Shown: positions 18,870-31,065, counted from the first letter of the stretch. The stretch is 64,000 bases of DNA from Escherichia coli (GCF_003018255.1 NZ_CP027440.1), one strand, 5' to 3'. Notes: generated by a model from the letters alone, not told the origin. Numbers and translations: made by a program.

Positions 18870-21017
18870 TTATTTTTTGCTTTCTTCTTTCAATACCTTA
18901 ACGGTATAGCGGCCATCAGCCTGACGGTATGCACCGTGAATATCGGTTTCAAAGCCCGGATAGTGAGCGCCGATTTCACACAGCATCTGCAGGAACTCCA
19001 GAACCGGACGGCTTTCTTCGGTGATCATTTCACCCGGCATTACCAGAGGAACTCCCGGCGGATACGGAAGGATCATATTGGCGTTAATACGACCTACCAT
19101 TTCGTCGAGGTAAACTTCTTCGGTCATACCGTGCAGCTCTTTCTGGAACGCCGCATACGGAGTCATAACCATTGTCGGCAGAACTTCAAATGCGCGATAC
19201 ATCAGATCCGGCAGATTGTGGTGAACAATCAGTTTGTGGATATTCTGAGCCAGTTCCTGAATACGCATATCTTCATAGAATTCAGGATCTTCACGATATA
19301 GAGACGGCAGCATGTTTTTCACACGCAGGTTCAGGTCGAACGCACGTTTGAAGTCAGTCAGAGCACGCAGCAGGCTCAATGCTTTGGTCTTATCAATACC
19401 GATGCTGAACAGGAACAGCAGGTTATACGGGCCGGTTTTCTCAACAACGATGCCATGTTCGTCGAGGTATTTCGCCACGATGCTGGCCGGAATACCAAAG
19501 TCGCTCATGGTGCCGTCTTTTTCCATCCCCGGGGTCAGCAGGGTGACTTTGATCGGGTCAAGATACATGTGCTCATTGTCGATGTTCTTGAAGCCGTGCC
19601 AGGAGCTGTCAGAACGCAGCGGCCAGCATTCAGTGGTATCGATATGATCCGGCTGCCATACATCAAAGAACCAGCCATCAGATTCCGTTCTCAGACGTTT
19701 GATCTCTTTACGGAACTTGATCGCACGTTCAATGGAACCGTTGATCAGACGCTTACCAGCATTACCTTTCATCATCGCCGCAGCGGTTTCAGTGGACGCC
19801 ACGATACCGTAGTGCGGAGAGGTGGTGGTGTGCATCATGTAGGCTTCGTTAAAGGTTTCTTCGTTTACGTCACCTTTAACGTGGATCATGGAAGCCTGAG
19901 AGAACGCCGCCAGCAGTTTGTGAGTGGACTGGGTTTCGTAAATCACTTTCCCTTCTACACGGCCACCGCTCATACCGCATTTACCTTCGTAAATCGGCGA
20001 GAAGTTGGTGTAAGGCACCCACGCGGAGTCAAAGTGGATGGATTTCACATCCAGCGTTTTCTTGATGAAGTCGGTGTTGTACAGCAGACCATCATAGGTA
20101 GAGTTGGTAATTACGGCATGTACCGGCCAGGTTGCGTTTGGTGTTTCTTTAACGCGCTTAGCAATGGTTGCGTGCTGGAATTCACTCTGTGGGATACCAC
20201 CAAGAATACCGTAAGCGTTACGGGTCGGGCGGAAATAGATTGGGGTAACATCGCTCATCATCATTAGGTGGGTTAGCGATTTGTGGCAGTTACGGTCAAT
20301 CAGAATGGTGCTGCCTGCCGGAGCAGAGTACATACCGACAATTTTGTTCGCAGTGGAAGTACCGTTGGTCACCATGTAGCTGCGGTCTGCGTTAAAGACG
20401 CGAGCGATATACTGTTCCGCTTCTTTGTGTGGACCGCTGTGATCCAGCAGAGAACCCAATTCAGATACTGAAATGGAAATATCAGATTTCATGGTGTTCG
20501 GACCAAAGAAATCATAGAACAGGCTACCTACCGGGCTTTTCTGGAATGCAGTACCGCCCATGTGACCAGGAGTACAGAAAGTATATTTACCTTCACGAAC
20601 ATATTTAAACAGTGCTTTGGTCAGCGGAGGCAGAATAGTGTTGATATATTCGTCAGTGGTCTGCTTGATCTTGTTAGCAATATCATCAGCAGCACCCAGC
20701 GCATATTCAAAGAAGCTAATCTGTAAACGCAGATCGTTCAGGCTTACATCGAGTGTGGAATACGTATTAGCGAACGCGTACAACGGCAGGTTCTCGTTCA
20801 TTTTGCTAATTTCTTCGCACAGCTCGAGATTATATTTATCCCAGTCAAAAATAACACCGCACAGACGCGCATTGTTTTCGATCAGTTTTAATAAGTCGTC
20901 ACGGTCATTCGGGTAAACAATCTGGAAGTTCAGACGTTCAAGCGCGCGATGAAGTTCACGGATGGGTTCTTCTTTAAAATAAACACCCATGTGATTCAAT
21001 ATTGCAATAACGTTCAT
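18870..21017 (-). CDS. cadA: inducible lysine decarboxylase
   Basis: ORF 18870..21056; start set at MNVIAILNHMGVYF giving 715 aa; PLP-dependent decarboxylase sequence. Confidence 0.95.
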   Translation of the reverse strand: MNVIAILNHMGVYFKEEPIRELHRALERLNFQIVYPNDRDDLLKLIENNARLCGVIFDWDKYNLELCEEISKMNENLPLYAFANTYSTLDVSLNDLRLQISFFEYALGAADDIANKIKQTTDEYINTILPPLTKALFKYVREGKYTFCTPGHMGGTAFQKSPVGSLFYDFFGPNTMKSDISISVSELGSLLDHSGPHKEAEQYIARVFNADRSYMVTNGTSTANKIVGMYSAPAGSTILIDRNCHKSLTHLMMMSDVTPIYFRPTRNAYGILGGIPQSEFQHATIAKRVKETPNATWPVHAVITNSTYDGLLYNTDFIKKTLDVKSIHFDSAWVPYTNFSPIYEGKCGMSGGRVEGKVIYETQSTHKLLAAFSQASMIHVKGDVNEETFNEAYMMHTTTSPHYGIVASTETAAAMMKGNAGKRLINGSIERAIKFRKEIKRLRTESDGWFFDVWQPDHIDTTECWPLRSDSSWHGFKNIDNEHMYLDPIKVTLLTPGMEKDGTMSDFGIPASIVAKYLDEHGIVVEKTGPYNLLFLFSIGIDKTKALSLLRALTDFKRAFDLNLRVKNMLPSLYREDPEFYEDMRIQELAQNIHKLIVHHNLPDLMYRAFEVLPTMVMTPYAAFQKELHGMTEEVYLDEMVGRINANMILPYPPGVPLVMPGEMITEESRPVLEFLQMLCEIGAHYPGFETDIHGAYRQADGRYTVKVLKEESKK

Positions 21018-21096
21018 AGTCATATCTCCAGGTAAAAAAGGCCCCTCCCAACACATGGGACAAAATGAAAGGAGGAGCCTCGGAAAATACTTTTAA

Positions 21097-22431
21097 TTAA
21101 TGTGCGTTAGATGCTGTGTGGTTATCCATTGAGTGGCTCTGGCGCTCGTGCATTTTGCGAGCGTAGAACATCAGGATAATCAGGCTGACGATGAAGGTAC
21201 CAGCCAGCTCGAAGGAGCTTGCGCCCATCAGAGCGATGAAGCAGAACACGCAACCCAGTACAGAGCAGATCAGGCTGACAAAGTTGCGGATGTTAACGCC
21301 TTCAAAACGAATCAGGTCAACGCAAGAGTAGAAGTACGGCAGCATAGTCAGCAGTACTGCGATACCGGTCAGTTCACCGAACAGGTCAGATGCTTTACCA
21401 CCGGCAGAGTTCATCAGAGTGATGAGGATCATCAGGGCAGTCATTTTCACTGCAGCCAGCAGCAGACCTTTTTTCGGAATACCGTTGCTGTCGACTTCAC
21501 CATAAACTTTCGGGAAGTTACCGTCGTTAGCGGCACGCACACCTGCCTGGCCGACCAGCATCATCCAGGAGCCCAGAGAAGTCAGGCACGCAAAAGCGGT
21601 GAATGCAGAAACCATCGGCGCAGCCCAGTTACCCAGGATAGTAGAAGCACTGATTGCAAACGGAGCACCGGAGCCTGCCATTACAGAAGACGGATACATA
21701 CCGGAAAGAACCTGAGTCGCAGCAATGTAAACAATACCTGCTAAACCAGTCCCCAGCATGGTTGCCAGTGGAACAGTACGTTTCGGGTTTTTAACCATAC
21801 CAGTACTTACAGCTGCGGATTCCACACCCACGAAGGCCCACAGGCAGAGCAGAATACTTTTAATGATTGCATGACCATCAGTAGTACCTGCGGTATTCCA
21901 GTTAGCTGCATAAGTTGCAGCATCAAACCAATGCCAGCCAACAATAGCAGTCATAACCACAGGAATAAGAACCAGTACCAGGCCAATAGTGGTTAAACGG
22001 CTTACCCAGGTACCGCCGAGCATATTTACAAAGGTAAATACCCAGACGATAGCAATACAGGCGATACCCGCCGGAGCAGGATCATTTAATACTGGGAAGA
22101 AGGTGGAAAGATAAGATACAGCGGTAATACCAATTGCCAGGTTACCAATCCAGTTAGCATGGTAATAAAGAACACCTGTCTGAAAACCAAATGCAGGAGA
22201 AATTTCTCCGGCATACGCAATTGGGCCACCTTGTTGCGGGTTTTTTGTTGCCAGTCGGGCATATACATATGCCAGCGACATTGCACCAATAATAGAGATA
22301 ATCCAACCCCAGATAGCAATACCACCGATACTTGCTAGGTTCGCAGGTAATAATGCAATACCGCTCCCCATCATATTACCGGCAACAACACCGGTACAGG
22401 CAAATAGCCCGATCTTCTTGGCAGAACTCAT
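21097..22431 (-). CDS. cadB: lysine/cadaverine antiporter
   Basis: 444 aa APC-family transporter upstream of cadA. Confidence 0.95.
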   Translation of the reverse strand: MSSAKKIGLFACTGVVAGNMMGSGIALLPANLASIGGIAIWGWIISIIGAMSLAYVYARLATKNPQQGGPIAYAGEISPAFGFQTGVLYYHANWIGNLAIGITAVSYLSTFFPVLNDPAPAGIACIAIVWVFTFVNMLGGTWVSRLTTIGLVLVLIPVVMTAIVGWHWFDAATYAANWNTAGTTDGHAIIKSILLCLWAFVGVESAAVSTGMVKNPKRTVPLATMLGTGLAGIVYIAATQVLSGMYPSSVMAGSGAPFAISASTILGNWAAPMVSAFTAFACLTSLGSWMMLVGQAGVRAANDGNFPKVYGEVDSNGIPKKGLLLAAVKMTALMILITLMNSAGGKASDLFGELTGIAVLLTMLPYFYSCVDLIRFEGVNIRNFVSLICSVLGCVFCFIALMGASSFELAGTFIVSLIILMFYARKMHERQSHSMDNHTASNAH

Positions 22432-22796
22432 GCTCTTCTCCTAATTTCATTTTTGAATTTGGAGTCCGGGTCATGATGTATAACTATTTCCTGACCAGAC
22501 CAAACTGGCGCTAAGATTACTCACGAAAAAAGGATTAATCCTAAAGATTAGGTGAAATAACACAAAAGTTTCTGTAAGTGAGAACTTGAGGTTTTTTATT
22601 AACACATCAGGATCGCAAGTTGATATCATGAAAAGATAAACATTCAATGTTTACAATGTGTTATGTGACATTTTCTGGTTAAATTTATGTAATAAAAATT
22701 ATGCGACAAATAAATTGCCGCAACATATTATACCAACAGGAACATACAAAAACTCAACAACAAATATTCCCGAGCATGAATCAACCCGGGAGTTAC
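22432..22796. promoter_or_regulatory. cadBA promoter region (CadC-dependent Pcad)
   Basis: 365 bp AT-rich intergenic region between cadC stop and cadB start; known location of Pcad in K-12. Individual CadC sites not mapped here. Confidence 0.5.
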
Positions 22797-24335
22797 TTAT
22801 TCTGAAGCGAGAAATTTGTCGAGATAAGGTACAACATAAGGAACAGAAGTCTGGAATATACCATTTTCAATCCAGTAAAGGGTGTTTGCCCCTGGGCGTA
22901 AATTAAAGGCGGTGAGATATGCATCAGCTGCTTCCCGGTTCATCCCCTTCATTTCATAAACCTTGCCAAGCAACACATAATTTAGCCAGGACATTTCAAG
23001 ATCAATGCCAGTATTTATCGCCTGATAAGACTCATCTGTTTTACCTTTTACCAGGGCACTGACCGCTTTTATTTGATATATAATGGACAGGTTGTTCAAT
23101 TCCGGCAGTGTAACAATGTTATCTATTTCTGTGTTAAGTGCTGCTAATTGTTTTTCGTCTAAAGGATGTTGAGAATGGCGCACGATATCAACTAATGCTT
23201 TTTCTGCTCTCGCGTAGGTAAATTCTGGGGATGATTGAACAATCTCACCTAATAATTCACTGGCACGATCCAATGATTTATCATCACCATGCAGTAAATA
23301 ATCATGTGCCTGATAAAAATTAGTTAATAACGCACCACGATGCGGCAAAATTTGCTGGAGCATCTCCTGCATTCGTTGTGGCCACGGTTGGTTTAACGCT
23401 TTTGATAAACTCTCCAGTAAATCATTTTGAATCGCCAGCTGATTACCGTTAGTGATGACATAACGTTTATCCAGCATGGTTGAACCATCTGCATTGTCTA
23501 CCAATTTTACCGACATAAAGCATTGTTGAGCACGGTATTGGCGCTGATTAACAAACGCAATAGATAATGTTTTACCGGAACTGCTCGGTTCATCAATGTT
23601 GTAGTTGATTTTGTCATGCACCATAAAGGTGGAGAAGGTGTTAAGTGATGTCGCCACCAAATCACCCACGCCTATCGCGTAAGAGAGCTGATACGGGGAA
23701 CTCCAGCTGTTACAACTTTTATTTACCATATTAATGTCAATATCGCGTGGATTGAGCAAAATACGCGATTTGCTCATCGGAAGACGTGTATCAAGACTTG
23801 AAAACGCTACCAGTGCTACACAGATACCTAACGACAACAGGAAAAAAAACCATACCCAAAAGGTAGTGAATCGTTTGCTTTTAACTGGGGATTGTTCAGG
23901 TGGCGTTGCGGTGTTTTGAATGTTAAGACTGTGGGAGGGAGAATCTGTGGCAGGAACCGCCTCTGGTATAGGGGGAGGCGAAGATAGCATTATTTCCTCT
24001 CCCTCTTCTTCGCTGTACCAGATAACCGGCACCATTAATTTATAGCCGCGCTTTGGTACAGTAGCGATATAGACAGGACTATCTTCATCATTATCTTTTA
24101 ATGACTTACGTAGTTCTGAGATACTCTGCGTCACAACGTGATTGGTGACAATACTTCTCTTCCAGACATTATCGATAAGTTCATCCCTGCTAAGTACTTC
24201 GCCACTGTGTTGAGCAAAGAAAACCAGAAGGTCGATTAATCTCGGCTCAAGGGTAAGTTGACGCCCATTGCGGCTAATTTGGTTTATGGACGGAGTAACA
24301 AGCCATTCGCCAACGCGAACTACAGGTTGTTGCAT
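22797..24335 (-). CDS. cadC: membrane-bound transcriptional activator CadC
   Basis: 512 aa; N-terminal winged-helix (ToxR-like), single membrane helix, periplasmic domain. Confidence 0.9.
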   Translation of the reverse strand: MQQPVVRVGEWLVTPSINQISRNGRQLTLEPRLIDLLVFFAQHSGEVLSRDELIDNVWKRSIVTNHVVTQSISELRKSLKDNDEDSPVYIATVPKRGYKLMVPVIWYSEEEGEEIMLSSPPPIPEAVPATDSPSHSLNIQNTATPPEQSPVKSKRFTTFWVWFFFLLSLGICVALVAFSSLDTRLPMSKSRILLNPRDIDINMVNKSCNSWSSPYQLSYAIGVGDLVATSLNTFSTFMVHDKINYNIDEPSSSGKTLSIAFVNQRQYRAQQCFMSVKLVDNADGSTMLDKRYVITNGNQLAIQNDLLESLSKALNQPWPQRMQEMLQQILPHRGALLTNFYQAHDYLLHGDDKSLDRASELLGEIVQSSPEFTYARAEKALVDIVRHSQHPLDEKQLAALNTEIDNIVTLPELNNLSIIYQIKAVSALVKGKTDESYQAINTGIDLEMSWLNYVLLGKVYEMKGMNREAADAYLTAFNLRPGANTLYWIENGIFQTSVPYVVPYLDKFLASE

Positions 24336-24910
24336 AATAGAAACTCATTCGAAAAGGGAATGGTGCAATGATAATTGGCATAACCTATTTTTACCATCTA
24401 TAGATGGGTTTATTTACATATTATTGGTGAATGCAAGACGTTATTTTTACCAGACATAAACTTCTTGATTACATAGTGTTGAGAAAGGATTTTACTGAGA
24501 ACCAGAAGTAATATTCCTTACCATCAAAATTCATCATCTTTGCCAAAGAAAAATGTTCAGAAAATAATCCATGGAAAATTGTCCGGAGCGCTTACTATTT
24601 TAATGGATTGTTAGTCTTTGCATGAGCAAACGGACTGATACATTTCTCTTTGTTCTCATTCAGAAAATCTCATCAGTTGGCGTTCTGCCCGATGTTGTGC
24701 TTTATGGGTGCGTTACGCTCCTGATGACGTCATTTGACGTTCAACAGCATCACGGGGCCGCACGACATTTCACGTCAGTCAGCGCTATAGCTCAGAAACA
24801 AATTTTCCCGAATTGGAATATGCCCGCAAATTGCTGGGGATGTGGGGAGAATCTGGTTGAGTTCGGTAGAATTGATTTGGCGGCAGGACGCTTAAATCGT
24901 GGCGTCCTGA

Positions 24911-24938
24911 AACGAAAAACGGACCTCCGTGGAGGTCC
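24911..24938 (-). terminator. rho-independent terminator of pheU
   Basis: GGACCTCC GT GGAGGTCC hairpin followed on the minus strand by GTTTTTCGTT just downstream of the tRNA 3' end. Confidence 0.6.
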
Positions 24939-24951
24939 GTTTATATGAATT

Positions 24952-25027
24952 TGGTGCCCGGACTCGGAATCGAACCAAGGACACGGGGATTTTCAATCCC
25001 CTGCTCTACCGACTGAGCTATCCGGGC
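24952..25027 (-). tRNA. pheU: tRNA-Phe (GAA)
   Basis: 76 nt; reverse complement reads GCCCGGATAGCTCAGTCGGTAGAGCAGGGGATTGAAAATCCCC...GGGCACCA with a GAA anticodon. Confidence 0.95.
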
Positions 25028-25133
25028 AACGGGGCGCATTAAACCGTAATCTGCACATCTCGTCAACCTAATTTCAGTAAAAGCGATTCAACTGCTTAAG
25101 ATTGCGGCAAATCGCTTCTTTTCTGTGTTTCTG

Positions 25134-25733
25134 TCAGGTCAAAGCACCACCCTGGCGGCAGCGGGCGAAGCGCAGGATATCTTCCGCCAGCCGATGTGCG
25201 GTGTCGACATCCGCCTGGCTACGATTCACCAGCATTCGGCTTAAACAGCCTTCCAGCACCAGTTCCATCTGCTTTGCTACCATCGCCGGATCGTCAACTT
25301 CCAGTGTGGTTAACAGTTCGTGGGTGAAATCGTAGGCCGCGCTTTTTTGCTGATCGGCCAGTTGATGAATAGGGTGGCCAGGATCGGGATAAAACGTACA
25401 GGCAGCGATAAATAGACAGCCCGGATAGCGGTTGTTTTTAACGCACTCCGATAACGCCTGATAACGTGCCAGCAGCTTTTGTTCGGCGGTTTGCGTTTCG
25501 TCCAGCATCAGCTGACGACGCCAGGCATCTATCTGTTGGCTAAGATAACGCAGCGCATCGTAGAGGATTGCCTCTTTGTCTGGCCAGAAGCGGCGTAGCT
25601 CGTCCAGTGGGTAATCCACACGTTCAGCAACCATCTCAAGCGTGGTGTTGGCAATCCCTTGTAATTCTAATAATTTCAGGGCTTCTCCCAGTACATCTTC
25701 ACGTTGCACGCTATTTTCCTCCGTCTTTCCCAC
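25134..25733 (-). CDS. yjdC: TetR-family transcriptional regulator YjdC
   Basis: 199 aa ORF with N-terminal HTH; synteny next to dsbD. Confidence 0.75.
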   Translation of the reverse strand: MGKTEENSVQREDVLGEALKLLELQGIANTTLEMVAERVDYPLDELRRFWPDKEAILYDALRYLSQQIDAWRRQLMLDETQTAEQKLLARYQALSECVKNNRYPGCLFIAACTFYPDPGHPIHQLADQQKSAAYDFTHELLTTLEVDDPAMVAKQMELVLEGCLSRMLVNRSQADVDTAHRLAEDILRFARCRQGGALT

Positions 25734-25745
25734 TGCAAGTGTCGT

Positions 25746-27443
25746 TCACGGTTGGCGATCGCGCAAATGTGCGCTGAAGGTTTCAGCATCCATAAAGCCC
25801 GTGACGCGTGCTTGTGGATGCTCCTGGCCTTGTCCGTCAAAAAAGAGAATTGTCGGTAGGCCAAGGACATTAAGATGCTTTAACAGCGCCACATCTTGTG
25901 CGTCGTTGGCAGTTACGTTAGCCTGAAGTAAGACCGTGTCTGCTAACGCTTTTTGCACCTGCGGGTCGCTGAAGGTGTATTTCTCAAACTCTTTACAGGC
26001 GACGCACCAGTCGGCATAGAGATCTAACATCACTGGTTTGCCTTTGGCTTCAACGAGCGCCTGATTTAACTCATCTACCGTTTTGATTTGTGTAAAGTTG
26101 AGATGCGTCTGAGTTTGCGCGGTATGTGTTGCACCAAATGCCCAATCCTGAAGTGGGCGCACGCTAACCAATGCCGCTGCCAGCAGGATTATTTGCACCA
26201 CGCGCATCCAGCCGCGTTTGGCCTGTAGGCTGGTGATAAAGGCCCAGCCAAAGAATGCGACACCAAGCGCCGACCACAAGCGTAATCCCCATATATCGCC
26301 AATCACTCGCTCCAGCAGGAAGACCGGCAGTGCGAGGATCACAAAACCAAACGCGGTTTTGACTTGTTCCATCCACGGGCCGCTTTTCGGCAGCAGGCGG
26401 TTACCAAAGACGGTTATTAGCATCAGCGGCAGGCCCATGCCCAACGCATAGAGATAAAGCGTGCCGCCCCCCAGCCACATGTTCCCGCTTTGGGCGATAT
26501 ACAACAGAATCGCGCTAAGCGGTGCGGTGGTGCATGGTGAACAGATCAGTCCGGCAATCGCTCCCATAACAAACACACCGCCAGGTGAGCCGCCCTGTTG
26601 GCGATTGCTCATCAGCGTGAGGCGCGTTTGCAGCGAAGAGGGGAGTTGCAGGGTAAACAAACCAAACATTGACATCGCCAGCAAGGTAAAGACGATGGCG
26701 AGGCCAATGAGCACGTATGGGTGCTGTAGCGCCGCCTGGAACTGTAACCCTGCGGCGGCAACTACCAGACCCAGCGCCGTGTAAGTCAGTGCCATCCCCT
26801 GCACATAAATAAAGGTCAGCAACAATGCTCTGGCAGTGGAGAGCCGCTGTTTACCACCCAGCACGATACCAGAAATCAGTGGGTACATTGGCAGCACGCA
26901 TGGCGTAAAGGCGATACCAATACCGATCAACAACGCCCAGAGCGCGGAAAAGGGCAATTGCGCGGTGGGCTGCTCTTGCTGCGGAACAGACACAGGCTGT
27001 GACGCTGCGTTGTTGGCGACCACTTCGCTTAACGGAACGGTTTTGGTTTCTGGCGGATAACAGAAACCGGCATCAGCACAGCCCTGGTAGGTGACAGTTA
27101 ACGTCGCTCCCGCACTCGCCTGGTTGATGGTTACGGGAAGCGTCAGCCGATCGCGGTAAATCTCGCTTTTGCCGTAAAACTCATCTTCATGCCAGACGCC
27201 TTGTGGCAGCTGCACGTTGGCAATTTTCGCGTGTTCCGGCGTAATGCGGATCTGTTTACGGTAGAGGTAATAACCGTCTTTGATCTGCCAGGTCAGATTC
27301 AGGTCATGTTGGTTTTGCTGAAAATCAAAAGCAAAGGCTTGATCCGCGGGGACAAATTGTGAACGTCCCGGCGCGTCGAATAATCCGGCAAAAACGGAAG
27401 TGCTGCAAAGTAGCAGGATCAGCGTAAAGATGCGTTGAGCCAT
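25746..27443 (-). CDS. dsbD: thiol:disulfide interchange protein DsbD
   Basis: ORF 25746..27524; start set at [14 protein letters not shown] (signal peptide) giving 565 aa; C-terminal thioredoxin-like CVAC motif. Confidence 0.9.
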
Positions 27444-27757
27444 GAGAGGTAATCTGTGTCTCCGTGTGTAACAGGTAAAACCAGAAGTTCCGGGGTTTGA
27501 TATGGATGATGAGACTTCAGGCATTCCAGCAGTGCCTGCTGGTGAGATACGGTAGTTTTTAAAATCATCTGCACTTCGTATTCTTGCTCCAGCTTACCTT
27601 CCCAGTAATAGAGAGAAGTAGCGCCGGGGATCAAGGTCGCGCAGGCCGCCAGTTTTTCCGCCAGCACTTTGGCGGCTAAATCCTGGGCTGTCGCTTCATC
27701 CGGTGCGGTACATAGCACCACGACAGACGCGGTATTCGAACTTTTTTCATCAAGCAT
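27419..27757 (-). CDS. cutA: divalent-cation tolerance protein CutA
   Basis: ORF 27419..27763; start at [21 protein letters not shown]; overlaps the dsbD start. Confidence 0.85.
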
Positions 27758-27872
27758 AAACACCTCGCAAGAACAGATGGAACCGCAAGAGAGAGGTCAC
27801 TATACAACGGACGGGGGAAGGATGTTAGTCGGCGGGAAAGAAAGCGGGGCGTGAACGCCCCGCGATTGATCA

Positions 27873-29174
27873 TTACAGCATGAAGCTACCCAGCACGAAG
27901 CCGAAGCAAACGGCCAGGGCAACACCCAGAGTACCCGGGATGAAGAACGGATGGTTGAAGACGAATTTACCGATACGGGTAGTACCCGTGTCATCCATCT
28001 GTACCGCAGCAACCAGCGTCGGGTAGGTCGGCAGAATGAACAGACCAGACACCGCAGCGAAAGAAGCAACAGCGGTCAGCGGAGAAACGTTCAGTGCCAG
28101 AGCCATCGGCATCAGTGCTTTTGCGGTTGCAGCCTGAGAGTACAGCAGAGCAGAAGCAAAGAAGAAGATGACGGCCAGCAGCCACGGATGACCCTGAATC
28201 ACTTCACCAGCGGTATCTTTGATCCAGTCGATGTTGTTGGAAACGAAAGTATCGCCCAGCCACGCAACACCCAGGATACAAATACAGGCGCTCATACCTG
28301 CTTTGAAGGTGCTGGAGTTGAGGATGTTGTCGGTATCGACTTTACAGATAACGGTGGTCAGAGTTGCAACGCTGAGCATGATGATCAGGATTGCGTTGGT
28401 GGTGTTCATCAGCGGTTTTTCAACCAGACCCATGCTTGGGCTGTTGATGATTGCATAGATAACAACGCCAACTACGCCCAGCAGGAACAGCCAGACGGAC
28501 GTTTTTGCACCGGATTTGATTTCAATCTGCTTTTCACCGCGCAGTTCAACCAGGCCTTCTTCCAGACGCTTGCGATAAATCGGATCGTCAGAGAGTTTGG
28601 AGTTGAACAGCATAGTGACCAGGAAGGACATCACCAGAACCGCCAGCAGGGTGGACGGGATGACCACGGAGAGCAGATGGAGGTAGCTGATGCCATGACC
28701 TTCCATTACGGAAGACATGTAAACCACTGCCGCTGAGATTGGCGATGCGGTGATCGCAATCTGCGCGGATACCACTGCAGTAGACAGCGGACGGCAAGGT
28801 TTAACGCCTTGTTCCTTCGCAACTTCAGCGATAACTGGCAGTGTCGCCAGAGAGATGTTGCCAGTACCAGCAAAGATTGTCAGGAAATAGGTCACGATCG
28901 GTGCGAGGATCGTGATGTATTTCGGGTTACGGCGCAGCAGCTTTTCTGTCTGATGAACCAGATAGTCCAGACCGCCAGCAACCTGCATGGCAGAAATAGC
29001 GGCGATAACCGCCATGATAATGGAAATGACATCGAACGGGATGTTACCGGGTTTAACGCCAATAGCGGCAAGAACCAGCACCCCCAATCCGCCTGCAAAA
29101 CCAATACCTATTCCCCCCAATCTGGCGCCCAAGAAGATCGCCAGCAAAACTATGATGAGTTCTACAACTAGCAT
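27873..29174 (-). CDS. dcuA: C4-dicarboxylate transporter DcuA
   Basis: 433 aa membrane protein, paralog of DcuB; immediately downstream of aspA. Confidence 0.9.
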   Translation of the reverse strand: MLVVELIIVLLAIFLGARLGGIGIGFAGGLGVLVLAAIGVKPGNIPFDVISIIMAVIAAISAMQVAGGLDYLVHQTEKLLRRNPKYITILAPIVTYFLTIFAGTGNISLATLPVIAEVAKEQGVKPCRPLSTAVVSAQIAITASPISAAVVYMSSVMEGHGISYLHLLSVVIPSTLLAVLVMSFLVTMLFNSKLSDDPIYRKRLEEGLVELRGEKQIEIKSGAKTSVWLFLLGVVGVVIYAIINSPSMGLVEKPLMNTTNAILIIMLSVATLTTVICKVDTDNILNSSTFKAGMSACICILGVAWLGDTFVSNNIDWIKDTAGEVIQGHPWLLAVIFFFASALLYSQAATAKALMPMALALNVSPLTAVASFAAVSGLFILPTYPTLVAAVQMDDTGTTRIGKFVFNHPFFIPGTLGVALAVCFGFVLGSFML

Positions 29175-29240
29175 ATTAGCCTTCCTTGTTTTTTTAACAA
29201 GTTGATATTAGATTGTTATTTTTAAGTTACTGCTCACAAG

Positions 29241-29277
29241 AAAAAAGGCACGTCATCTGACGTGCCTTTTTTATTTG
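29241..29277 (-). terminator. hairpin terminator between aspA and dcuA
   Basis: GGCACGTCA TCT GACGTGCC stem-loop flanked by A and T runs (AAAAAAGGCACGTCATCTGACGTGCCTTTTTTATTTG). Confidence 0.6.
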
Positions 29278-29292
29278 TACTACCCTGTACGA

Positions 29293-30729
29293 TTACTGTT
29301 CGCTTTCATCAGTATAGCGTTTTGCTTTGTAAGCCGGGTGCATCAGATTCTGTACGGAGAAAATATCGTCAAGTTCCGCTTCAGTCAACAGACCGCGTTC
29401 CAGAACGACTTCACGTACACTCTTACCGGTTTCGGCACAGATTTTACCCACGATGTCACCGTTGTGGTGACCGATGAACGGGTTCAGGTAAGTAACGATA
29501 CCGATAGAGTTGTAAACGTAACCTTCGCACACTTCTTTGTTAGCAGTGATGCCGTTAATGCATTTTTCCAGCAGGTTGTAGCAAGCGTTGGTCAGAATGT
29601 GAACGGATTCGAACATGGCCTGGCCAATGACCGGCTCCATAACGTTCAACTGCAGCTGACCTGCTTCTGCTGCCATGGTAACAGTGGTGTCGTTACCGAT
29701 GACTTTGAAGCATACCTGGTTAACCACTTCCGGAACAACCGGGTTTACTTTAGCTGGCATGATGGAAGAGCCCGCCTGCAGTTCCGGCAGGTTGATCTCG
29801 TTCAGGCCGGCACGTGGGCCTGAAGAGAGCAAGCGCAGGTCGTTACAGATTTTGGACATCTTCACAGCCAGGCGTTTCAGCGCGCCGTGAACCATAACAT
29901 AAGCGCCGCAGTCAGAGGTCGCTTCGATCAGGTCTTCAGCCGGTACGCATGGGAAGCCAGTGACTTCAGCCAGTTTTTTCACTGCCAGCGGAGAGTACTC
30001 TTTCGGCGTGTTCAGACCAGTACCGATTGCTGTTGCGCCAAGGTTAACTTCCAGCAGCAGTTCAGCGGTACGTTGGATGTTTTTCACTTCTTCTTTCAGC
30101 AGGATGCTGAAAGCGCGGAATTCCTGACCGAGGGTCATCGGTACTGCGTCCTGCAGCTGGGTACGACCCATTTTCAGGATGTCCTGGAATTCGACAGCTT
30201 TACGTTCAAAGCCTTCACGCAGTTGGTTAATCGCATCTACCAGCTTAATCAGGGAAGAGTAAACTGCGATACGGAAACCGGTCGGGTAGGCGTCGTTAGT
30301 GGACTGACATTTGTTAACATGGTCGTTCGGGTTCAGGTACTGATATTCACCTTTCTGGTGACCCATCAGTTCCAGACCGATATTGGCCAGCACTTCGTTG
30401 GTGTTCATGTTTACGGAAGTACCTGCGCCGCCCTGGTAGACGTCTACCGGGAACTGATCCATGCATTTTCCGTTGTTCAGGACTTCATCACATGCGGCAA
30501 TGATGGCATTCGCTACACTTTTAGGAATGGTTTGCAGCTCTTTGTTTGCCATAGCTGCGGCTTTTTTAACCATTACCATACCGCGAACAAATTCAGGAAT
30601 ATCACTGATTTTGTTGTTGCTGATATAGAAGTTTTCAATCGCTCTCAGAGTGTGAACACCATAGTAGGCATCAGCTGGAACTTCCCTGGTACCCAACAGA
30701 TCTTCTTCGATACGAATGTTGTTTGACAT
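29293..30729 (-). CDS. aspA: aspartate ammonia-lyase
   Basis: ORF 29293..30774; start set at [18 protein letters not shown] giving 478 aa; fumarase/aspartase family sequence. Confidence 0.95.
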
Positions 30730-31065
30730 GTGAACCTTCTTTTTCAAGCTGCCAATGATTTGCTTTAAACACACAGAATATATGTGGTTTCGAATGTTTT
30801 TCGACCGACGATTATCCCCTGCATCGACCGAATACCCGAGATCATATGCTGCTTGAGGATTTCTACCGTAATCTGGATCACTTTAAGTGTCGGTTTTTAC
30901 CCCTTAATTATTAATTTGTGAAATAGATCACCGCTTTGGGATTACTACCAAAAATAGTTGCGCAAACATCTTGAAATTTTGCTAATGACCACAATATAAG
31001 CTGAACGCGATTCGCAACCCATTCAGGTAGCCGGGTTTAACCGGCTGCTATTACAGGAGAAACCT

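Noticed and set aside
19455-20267. Long antisense ORFs inside cadA (also 27951-28736 in dcuA, 29887-30726 in aspA, 33343-34629 opposite groEL, 42759-43760 in frdA, 51396-52421 opposite psd)
   Set aside because: Each lies antisense to a well-supported conserved gene and has low-complexity, His/Arg/Gln-rich translations typical of spurious frames.
24622-24948. 108-aa ORF in the cadC-pheU intergenic region
   Set aside because: No RBS, overlaps the pheU terminator region and has no recognisable family; most likely non-coding regulatory DNA upstream of cadC.
24952-25027. tRNA-Phe (pheU) as a possible genomic-island integration site
   Set aside because: Both flanks are core genes (cadC on one side, yjdC on the other) at K-12-like spacing; no integrase, direct repeat of the tRNA 3' end or foreign genes are present, so the site appears unoccupied.
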